From Promethearchaeota archaeon (GTDB lineage: Archaea > Asgardarchaeota > Lokiarchaeia > Sigyniarchaeales > SOKP01), in NCBI GenBank assembly GCA_019058015.1, contig JAHLWH010000072.1:1-14755 (forward strand): 14,755 bases of DNA. Reading direction: 5' to 3'. The notes under the pieces are model-generated. The model was not told the origin of the DNA. It saw only the letters and a list, made by a program, of their open reading frames with translations, and ran no database searches. A program made the position numbers and the translations under genes. This document shows positions 7,663 to 14,755 of this stretch, piece by piece (positions within the stretch are counted from its first letter, which is position 1; every line of letters starts with the position of its first letter).

Positions 7663-7940
7663 TATTCTTTGCCACTTTCTCCTTGATCTTCATTCATTTC
7701 ACTTTCTATTCCCTCGTCAGGTACCTCTTTCAGAACCCCAAGTATTTTTAATGCGTACTTTTTCATTCCTTCAATTTTTGAGATTCCAATTCCTTTATTA
7801 ATATCACCAACTACTAGTAAATGATCTCCATGCTTGATGTGGAATAAATCTCTAGCTTCTTTTGGTATAACTATCTGTCCTCTTTCTCCAACTTTAACCA
7901 TTCCGAAAATATATTTATCTTTATATATCCTAGCCATCAT
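7662..7940 (-). CDS. AbrB/MazE/SpoVT-family DNA-binding regulator
   Basis: 92 aa. FGMVKVGERGQIVIPKEARDLFHIKHGDHLLV swapped-hairpin signature, with an acidic C-terminal tail. Confidence 0.9.
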   Translation of the reverse strand: MMARIYKDKYIFGMVKVGERGQIVIPKEARDLFHIKHGDHLLVVGDINKGIGISKIEGMKKYALKILGVLKEVPDEGIESEMNEDQGESGKE

Positions 7941-7968
7941 ACATACCTATCAATATTTAATTTGAATT

Positions 7969-8481
7969 TTAAATCTTAGATGAAAATAACTTTGGAAACC
8001 ATTTTCCAACTCTCTTTTTATACTCCGTATATTCCTCACCAAAAATCTTTTCAAGATCTTTCTCTTCATAGGACGCAAATCGATCATATAGAATAGACAT
8101 TAGAATCCAAAAAATAATGCAAATAAGCGACATTGATATTAAAGCAAACGCAAGATATACTAAAAGCATACTGAGATATAAAGGATGTCGAACACGGGCA
8201 AAAACTCCTTTTTTTATAAGAGATGTTGCTTCATTATTTCCTCCAAATAAAACTTTATGAGAAGAATTCCCCAGTACAAAGGATAAAATCAATAAACTAG
8301 CGAAAATAATTATTCGAATTAACAATGGGATAAAAATCGTAAGCCATATTGAGAATTGAAATATAAAAGTATCTAAAAACCATATTAGTAAAAATGCTAT
8401 AGCAAGGATGATATTAAGCTGGTCTGTGTGAGGAAACTCCTTTCCTATACCACCACGTTTATGTTTATGTTTTTTTTTCAA
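7969..8481 (-). CDS. Isoprenylcysteine carboxyl methyltransferase / PEMT-family membrane methyltransferase
   Basis: 170 aa with hydrophobic helices, GVFARVRHPLY and EEKDLEKIFGEEYTEYKKRVGKWFP motifs. The TTG start is supported by an AGGTGA RBS at 8494-8489. Confidence 0.88.
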   Translation of the reverse strand: MKKKHKHKRGGIGKEFPHTDQLNIILAIAFLLIWFLDTFIFQFSIWLTIFIPLLIRIIIFASLLILSFVLGNSSHKVLFGGNNEATSLIKKGVFARVRHPLYLSMLLVYLAFALISMSLICIIFWILMSILYDRFASYEEKDLEKIFGEEYTEYKKRVGKWFPKLFSSKI

Positions 8482-8528
8482 TTTATATTCACCTTTTTTT
8501 TATTTTTTTTTGCGTATTATTAAATTGA

Positions 8529-8568
8529 TCATGTAATTCATGTGATTCATGTAATTCATGTAAATCAT
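8529..8568. repeat. Tandem 9-bp repeat (TCATGTAAT) x4.4, probable operator
   Basis: TCATGTAAT, TCATGTGAT, TCATGTAAT, TCATGTAAA, TCAT in the leader of the methyltransferase-abrB operon. Confidence 0.85.
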
Positions 8569-8595
8569 ACTTAATTATGATAGTTAATTTCTCTC

Positions 8596-8607
8596 TATTT
8601 ATAAATA
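8596..8607. promoter_or_regulatory. Palindromic TATA box, probably driving the methyltransferase-abrB operon
   Basis: Perfect palindrome TATTTATAAATA in the divergent intergenic region, about 28 nt from the tandem repeat. Confidence 0.5.
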
Positions 8608-8671
8608 TTATCCAAATAAATGCTTATTTTCAGTAAAAAAACTTTTAAAACACTTTAAATTTTTCAGCATT

Positions 8672-9835
8672 ATGTCAGAAAAAAAGCGAGCATTAGTGAT
8701 ATTTGGTAGCCCTCGATATAAAAAATCTGCATCCTATCATCTCGGACAACATTTTGCGAATGGCTTAAAAAGAGCTGGTATGGATGTAGAAGAAATTATG
8801 TTAGTAAAACAAAAAATTAATCATTGTATAGGTTGTTTTACCTGTTGGGTAAAGACACCTGGAAAATGTGTGCATAGAGATGATATGGATATTCTTTTAC
8901 CTAAAATTAGAAATGCAGATCTAATTGTTTATGCCATCCCTCTTTATATTTTTAGCGTTCCTGGCATTGTTAAGGATTTTTTAGACCGCCAGTTACCACT
9001 GGTTGAGCCCTATTTAGTTAAAAAAGATGGTATCACGTCTCATCCAATTCGCAATAAGTTAAAAAAAACCGATTTTTTTGTTATTAGCGTTGCTGGATTT
9101 CCAGAACGTTCCCATTTTGATGCAATGGTTGATATGTTTAAGAAAAAAACAAGACCTGCCGATGAAACCTATATTGGAGATATTTTAATCGGCGGTGCAG
9201 AAAGGATGAGTAAAGACGATTCCCAAGATGAATTTAAAGCATTATATAATTATATCGAGCAAGCTGGTTTTGAAGTGGCAACAAATGGTGCTGTCTCAGA
9301 AGAAACACAAAAGTTGATCAACGAAGAAAGTATGATAAAATCTGAAAATATTGATACTTTTATCGATATTGCGAATAAATATTGGGATTCCTTAATGCCA
9401 AAGGATTATAGCCAAATTAAAATCAAGAAAAGTGCTGATGCAAAACCCTTAAAAATAACAGATGGTGGAATGGCTACGTTTTTTGCAGGTATGTCAAGAA
9501 TTTTTAACCCAAATGCAATCCCTGGTTTAAAAGCCGTGCTTCAATTTAATTTGGATAAAGATCAATACCATTTAATTATGGATGAAGATGTATGTTTGGC
9601 ATATAGTGGCCCACACCCAAATCCAACTACGATAATTATCTCAACAGCAGATACTTGGATGAAGATATCAACCAGTGAACTAGATGGAGCAAAAAGTTTA
9701 ATGAAAGGTCTTTATAAAATTGAAGGTGACATGAATCTATTAATTAATATGAACAAAATATTCTCGGAGAAAGAAAAATCTGATACCAGTTCTGAGGATA
9801 TATCTGTTGAAAGTCAAAAAATACTTGAAAAATAA
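8672..9835 (+). CDS. Iron-sulfur flavoprotein / NAD(P)H-dependent FMN reductase fused to an SCP2 lipid-binding domain
   Basis: 387 aa. GSPR FMN phosphate loop, CIGCFTCWVKTPGKC (CX2CX2CX7C), PLY and KDFLDR. C-terminal SCP2-like region FNP...VLQF...W..I...ELDG.KSLMKG.YKIEGDM. Confidence 0.85.
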   Translation: MSEKKRALVIFGSPRYKKSASYHLGQHFANGLKRAGMDVEEIMLVKQKINHCIGCFTCWVKTPGKCVHRDDMDILLPKIRNADLIVYAIPLYIFSVPGIVKDFLDRQLPLVEPYLVKKDGITSHPIRNKLKKTDFFVISVAGFPERSHFDAMVDMFKKKTRPADETYIGDILIGGAERMSKDDSQDEFKALYNYIEQAGFEVATNGAVSEETQKLINEESMIKSENIDTFIDIANKYWDSLMPKDYSQIKIKKSADAKPLKITDGGMATFFAGMSRIFNPNAIPGLKAVLQFNLDKDQYHLIMDEDVCLAYSGPHPNPTTIIISTADTWMKISTSELDGAKSLMKGLYKIEGDMNLLINMNKIFSEKEKSDTSSEDISVESQKILEK

Positions 9836-9941
9836 ATTATTTTAAAATTAATTTATATTCAAATCATCTCTATTTTTATAATCAAATAATATTATTAACC
9901 AAATAATTGATTTTTAAAAGGATTAATTAAATGATTAATTA

Positions 9942-11687
9942 ATGGATAAGAATAACAATGCAGAATCTAATTCTCATCAAAAAGCGATAGATGGAACAGA
10001 ATTAGAAAAATCAGAAGAAAAATTTTATAATGTCCCTGGATCTTCAAGATCAATGATTTCTGGAGCTATTCACATGTTAGTTGCATTATTAAGCTCTTCT
10101 TGTATATGGTTCTTTGTAATAATTACATCAGGTTGGGAAGGTTTATCCTATTTTGGTTCCACATCTGCTTTAATGGGATTATTAGGAATTTTGGGTAATG
10201 GATTTAGCCAATCTTATATAGCAAAAATAAAAGAAGCATATATTTTAAATCCGGAGGTTGGAAAAATTAAAGCTGCATCATATTCTAAATTAATTTTTAT
10301 TATTGGTCTTGGGACAGGATTAATTTCTCTGTTTTTATTTTTGATTACGCCTGAAAATAATATATATATAAAGACCGCAGCATTTGCTTGCATCTTTCAA
10401 AGTATATTTGGTTATCTACAAGCGATTATAATCAATGGATTAGCAATTATTAATCGATATGATCTGATATCCTTTTCTGGTGTTTTATGGGGACCATTAT
10501 TGTTAGTTTTAGGAATATTTTGGATGATTTTTAATTTACCTCCAGAAGGGTTTGTTTTTTATTACATCTTGGTAAGTATCATTCCATTTCTAATATTATT
10601 TCATTATTTTCATAGATTTTGCCCTTATTCATTTATAGATATAATTAAAGGAAGATTTTTTTCACGAAATGTAATTAATACTGTAAATTTAGAAATAAGG
10701 AATCAATTTGAACCATTATTCGTTAAAAATTATATTAAATATTCAATTTTTTCTACGATTACGAATCTTGAAGGAATTGGAGTATTTGCTAACTTATTAA
10801 CTTTTTTTGCATCGTTATATTTGTTTTATTTTGACCCTGGATCTCAAGAAATTGGACTTAGAATTATTACAATTGTTACTTCTTACTCATCTGTGAAAAC
10901 CGTAATTCTATTTTATAGTGGTCCTTTAAATATTGAGATAGCAGAAGCAGTTTCTAAGGAGAATAGAGAAATGATAAGTGAAATCTTTAATAATACTACA
11001 CGAATATCTGCATTAATAGGCATCGGATTCGCTACGGGTATCTGTGCAATCACAGGTAATTTACTAACAATTCTTCACAATGAGACGTTTATAGGTGCAT
11101 CAGGTTTTGATCAAAATTTATTTTTAACTGCTCAATTACTTATGATACTAGCAATTATTGGGCAGTTTGGATTTGCCTTTTCGAGTTTATTTGGAAATGC
11201 ATTAATTGGCTCTGGAAATGCAAAATACTCCGGAATTGGATTCACTATTACAACAGTGATAATAATTGCAATTGCGCCATTAATTATATTCTTAACAGGT
11301 TTTGTAGGTATTGGGTGGGTCCAAGTGATTGCTATTGTTTTTTTACTTCCATTTATGATATGGCAAATAAAAAAACGGTTGCAAATTCAGATTAGATTTA
11401 AGTTAATCCGAATAATCCCTTGCTGTATAATTATGTTTCTCTTTATGTTTTTCTTCCCAGTTTCTGATACCACTACATTTATTCTTTCTATTGTATTAGG
11501 TGGCTTAATTTTTCTATTTTTAAGCCCATTCTTTGGTGTATCAATTCCTGAAGATGTGAAAATGTTGGAAGATCTTTTTGGTATTGTAAAACTAAAGTTT
11601 ATAGGAAAAATATTTGGAAAAGTGCTTTTATTTTTATACAATATTAGCCCGTTTAATCGAAAAGAAAGAGAAAAAGTAAAAATTTAA
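9942..11687 (+). CDS. Polytopic membrane protein, probable MOP-superfamily (MATE-like/oligosaccharide) flippase
   Basis: 581 aa with roughly 14 hydrophobic segments. The C-terminal half pattern (NALIGSGNAK...LAPLII...GFVGIGW) resembles Wzx/SpoVB-type exporters. Confidence 0.6.
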   Translation: MDKNNNAESNSHQKAIDGTELEKSEEKFYNVPGSSRSMISGAIHMLVALLSSSCIWFFVIITSGWEGLSYFGSTSALMGLLGILGNGFSQSYIAKIKEAYILNPEVGKIKAASYSKLIFIIGLGTGLISLFLFLITPENNIYIKTAAFACIFQSIFGYLQAIIINGLAIINRYDLISFSGVLWGPLLLVLGIFWMIFNLPPEGFVFYYILVSIIPFLILFHYFHRFCPYSFIDIIKGRFFSRNVINTVNLEIRNQFEPLFVKNYIKYSIFSTITNLEGIGVFANLLTFFASLYLFYFDPGSQEIGLRIITIVTSYSSVKTVILFYSGPLNIEIAEAVSKENREMISEIFNNTTRISALIGIGFATGICAITGNLLTILHNETFIGASGFDQNLFLTAQLLMILAIIGQFGFAFSSLFGNALIGSGNAKYSGIGFTITTVIIIAIAPLIIFLTGFVGIGWVQVIAIVFLLPFMIWQIKKRLQIQIRFKLIRIIPCCIIMFLFMFFFPVSDTTTFILSIVLGGLIFLFLSPFFGVSIPEDVKMLEDLFGIVKLKFIGKIFGKVLLFLYNISPFNRKEREKVKI

Positions 11688-11714
11688 TTTTTAGATAGAA
11701 TTATCATTTTTAAC

Positions 11715-13202
11715 ATGTCTGCAAAAAAAGGGAAAATTTCACGGGAAAAGTGGAATAATAACTTCATGGATTGGTTTTCAGATATCCTTCTTAAGGCTGA
11801 AATTATAGATTATAGGTTTAATTTAAAAGGATGTGGAGTTTGGTTAGGTTATGGCTTTAATCTTAGAAAACGAGTTTTTCAGATATTGCGTGATTTATTA
11901 GACAATACGCCCATACCTCATGAAGAAACTTTATTTCCTTTATTAATACCAGAACCTCTTTTCATGAAAGAGGCAGAACACGTCAAGGGTTTTGAAGATG
12001 AGGTGTATTGGGTAACAAGAGGGGGATCAAAACAGCTCGATATTAATTTATGTTTAAGACCCACCTCTGAAACTGTAATGTATCCTATGTTCAAATTATG
12101 GATTCGTTCCCATCAAGATTTGCCAATAAAGGTTTATCAAATAGTTAGTACATTTAGATATGAAACAAAAACAACAAGACCATTAATACGAGTAAGAGAA
12201 TTAACTACCTTCAAGGAGGCACATACAGTTCATGCTACTGCTAAAGAGGCCGAGGATCAAGTAAAGGAAGGATTAGAGATATATAGTAAATTTTATGATC
12301 GCTTGGGTATTCCCTATTTTATTAATGTACGCCCTGATTATGATAAATTTCCAGGTGCTGAATATAGTATAGCATTTGAAACTATTTTTCCTGGAGATCA
12401 TAAAACTTTACAAATTGGAACAGTTCATAATCTTGGTACAATTTTTGCCAAAACATTTGATTTAACTTATGAGGCAGATAATGGAGAGATAAAATTTGTG
12501 CATCAGACATGTTATGGAATCAGTGAAAGAGCAATTGCTGCAGTAGTTACCCAGCACGGAGATGATGCAGGATTATGTCTTCCACCTGAAGTAGCCCCTA
12601 TTCAAGCCATCATTGTTCCAATTATATTTAAAGGTAAAGAGAAAGAAATTTTGGAACAATCTAAGAATTTATTAGATAAGATGAATTCTTTAGGGATTCG
12701 TGCGAAGCTTGATGATTCAGACATAAGTTCTGGTAAAAAATTTTACAAGTGGGAAACCAAAGGGGTTCCAATACGTATTGAATTAGGACCTAAAGATATT
12801 GAAAAAAAACAATTTATTGTTGTTAGAAGAGATACAGGTGAAAGAATAACTTTGGATTTTAAGGAAGGAGCTAAAAAGATACCTAAAATTCTTGAAGAAA
12901 TACAGAAAGACTTGCATGAGAGAGCAAAAATATTAATGGAAAATTCAATAAAAGAAACAGATGACTACGATGAGTTGTATGATTTAATAGAAAAACGAGT
13001 TGGAATAGTGATTGTTCCATTATGTGATGAATATGACTGTGCAGAACAAATTGAAAAGCGCACTGAAGGAAAAATTATTGGGACACCAATTAAATATGTT
13101 AAAGAATTTAGTAAAGAATATTCTGAAAAAGAGTTTAATTTCAACTGCATTGTCTGTGCCCGTCCTACGAAAAAAAAGATGATTATTGGACGTTCTTATT
13201 AA
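11715..13202 (+). CDS. proS: Proline--tRNA ligase, archaeal/eukaryotic type
   Basis: 495 aa. EAEHVKGF, LRPTSET, FRYETK.TRPLIRVRE, QTCYGISER, WETKGVPIRIELGPKD, C-terminal Zn cysteines (CDEYDC...CIVC) and terminal GRSY. Confidence 0.97.
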   Translation: MSAKKGKISREKWNNNFMDWFSDILLKAEIIDYRFNLKGCGVWLGYGFNLRKRVFQILRDLLDNTPIPHEETLFPLLIPEPLFMKEAEHVKGFEDEVYWVTRGGSKQLDINLCLRPTSETVMYPMFKLWIRSHQDLPIKVYQIVSTFRYETKTTRPLIRVRELTTFKEAHTVHATAKEAEDQVKEGLEIYSKFYDRLGIPYFINVRPDYDKFPGAEYSIAFETIFPGDHKTLQIGTVHNLGTIFAKTFDLTYEADNGEIKFVHQTCYGISERAIAAVVTQHGDDAGLCLPPEVAPIQAIIVPIIFKGKEKEILEQSKNLLDKMNSLGIRAKLDDSDISSGKKFYKWETKGVPIRIELGPKDIEKKQFIVVRRDTGERITLDFKEGAKKIPKILEEIQKDLHERAKILMENSIKETDDYDELYDLIEKRVGIVIVPLCDEYDCAEQIEKRTEGKIIGTPIKYVKEFSKEYSEKEFNFNCIVCARPTKKKMIIGRSY

Positions 13203-13217
13203 AGAGAGCTTTTTTTT

Positions 13218-13682
13218 TTATATTTTTTTTGCCTTATATGGGTCTTTTAATCTTTTTTCAAGAAAAAATTCAATCTCTTTCTTTTTCTCTTCTGAATAAA
13301 AGGTATCTAGCTCATTTTTCGCGAGATTGGTGTATTTCCCATTGATTAATATATTTCTATTTTCCAAAAATTCAATTATTTGATCATAATATTCTTCACT
13401 GATTTGTTGGAAATTCTCGACTAATTTGAGAAAATGCATTAATTTCGTAATTAACTCATAGTAAAATTTTAGATGTGCCTTGATTTTTACCTTATCGTTC
13501 ATTTCTGTGATATCTGGATATAATTTTAAAATTGAATTAACAGAATTGCTGACAATAGCACAAGATTTTGCAATTTCATCTGTTGTTTTAATAGAGTTCT
13601 TTTCAAAAATATAAATTAATTCAGATTCTTGGGTTTCTAAGGAATTGAATATTGCAAAAATTTCTTTAAAATTTCCACTCAT
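13218..13682 (-). CDS. Hypothetical protein (predicted alpha-helical)
   Basis: 154 aa ORF filling the space between proS and the next gene. No family recognised. Confidence 0.7.
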   Translation of the reverse strand: MSGNFKEIFAIFNSLETQESELIYIFEKNSIKTTDEIAKSCAIVSNSVNSILKLYPDITEMNDKVKIKAHLKFYYELITKLMHFLKLVENFQQISEEYYDQIIEFLENRNILINGKYTNLAKNELDTFYSEEKKKEIEFFLEKRLKDPYKAKKI

Positions 13683-13814
13683 TGTAAGTAAAATACTAAT
13701 TCAGACTAAAATATTTACGACAAATTGAAAATAATCCTTTTTTTCACGGGAAAAAAGGGAAATCTTGTTTTTTTTAAATTTTAAATATTAGGAGTAATTT
13801 ATTTGCATATAATA

Positions 13815-14755
13815 ATGCAGAAAATAGATAAAATTCTGTCAAAATTAAGAGAGCGAAAAATTAAAATTGTCTTTTTAATCTTAACGACCATATTAATAAT
13901 CTTTCTTTCAAGCGTATTTGTCGAGTCCTCATTTGAACTAAATATGAATATTGAAGATTTTACTGTTTATACTGAAGATCATATTCGTCTTGAAGGAAGT
14001 ATCTATTATCCTAATAATCTAGATTCTGAATCTAATTACCCTACTTTAATATATTGTCATTCTTTAACTGGGGATCGACATGAAAATGAGATATTAAGAT
14101 ATAATCTGCTTGAGCATGGTTTTATTGTAGTTACTTTCGATTTACGAGGTCATGGCTCATCTTTAGGTGGATTAGAAGTTGACAGATCATATATGCTCGA
14201 GGGATATGCAAATTCTCCAAAACATGGTTTAGATATAGATGCAGTTTTGGATTTTATTTTAACCAAAGAATTAGTTGACAATGAATCTATAGGACTTTTT
14301 GGATACAGTCTTGGAGGAAGTGCATTGTCCTTTTACTCATATTTCGATTCATTAGATGAGAACCCACGAATAAAAGCATCTGTTTCAATATCATTTCTTG
14401 GAGAATATCATAGATACCTTGGAGTGAATGAAACAAATCCGAAAAATTTTCTCGCAATTATCGGTGCTCATGATGAATTTTTTCCAATAGATACGATCAA
14501 ATTATCTTTAAATTTACTGACAGGGAATAATAATGCAGAATTTAGAACTTTATATGGTAATTTCTCTAATGGAAATGCAAGAGAAGTTTATATAGTCCCT
14601 GATGCTGGCCACACAAATTTTGCCTATCGATTACCTACTATTAATGAAACAATCAAATGGTTCGAACAAGTCTTTTATGGAGAAATCTCGAATATACCCA
14701 TCTTTCAGAGAGATTTTATATATTCTATTAATGAAAACTTAAAATCATTTAGTGC
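13815..14755 (+). CDS. Membrane-anchored or secreted alpha/beta hydrolase (runs off the window end)
   Basis: Not in the ORF track. Manual translation gives MQKIDK...KIVFLILTTILIIFLSSVF (TM/signal), YPTLIYCH, FDLRGHGSS, GYSLGG nucleophile elbow, IGAHDE and DAGH. A possible in-frame TTG start at 13803 follows AGGAG (13790-13794). Confidence 0.85.
   Translation, partial: MQKIDKILSKLRERKIKIVFLILTTILIIFLSSVFVESSFELNMNIEDFTVYTEDHIRLEGSIYYPNNLDSESNYPTLIYCHSLTGDRHENEILRYNLLEHGFIVVTFDLRGHGSSLGGLEVDRSYMLEGYANSPKHGLDIDAVLDFILTKELVDNESIGLFGYSLGGSALSFYSYFDSLDENPRIKASVSISFLGEYHRYLGVNETNPKNFLAIIGAHDEFFPIDTIKLSLNLLTGNNNAEFRTLYGNFSNGNAREVYIVPDAGHTNFAYRLPTINETIKWFEQVFYGEISNIPIFQRDFIYSINENLKSFS

Noticed and set aside
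8529-8568. Tandem repeats as a CRISPR array paired with TnpB/Cas12f
   Set aside because: The units are 9 bp with no spacers. No repeat-spacer array or cas gene was seen in the window.
11387-13150. Minus-strand ORFs 11387..11641 and 12965..13150
   Set aside because: Antisense shadows of the flippase and proS genes.

Overview
AT-rich archaeal window, most likely from an Asgard (Lokiarchaeia-like) genome. This is inferred from an archaeal/eukaryotic-type ProRS, TATA-box promoters, GGTGA/GAGGT ribosome-binding sites and a mix of bacterial-type catabolic genes. Most of it is ordinary metabolism: partial GH2 beta-mannosidase, N-formylglutamate amidohydrolase-like protein, alanine dehydrogenase, MBL hydrolase, enoyl-CoA hydratase, M19 dipeptidase, cold-shock protein, AbrB-family regulator, ICMT/PEMT-family methyltransferase, Fe-S flavoprotein-SCP2 fusion, MOP flippase, proS, a hypothetical protein and a partial alpha/beta hydrolase. 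The standout is a ~1.36 kb element (about 6213-7578) carrying only a catalytically rearranged, zinc-finger-less TnpB with a recognisable omega-RNA scaffold and no transposase. It is bounded by 35-bp inverted repeats (29/35 identical). Their outer 11 bp are perfect and abut related 6-bp spacers, giving an 11-6-11 ATAA-N6-TTAT layout like Xer/dif tyrosine-recombinase sites rather than IS200/IS605 hairpin ends. Removing the element in silico restores an in-frame small ORF coupled to abrB, consistent with these boundaries. The mobilisation mechanism is a hypothesis only.
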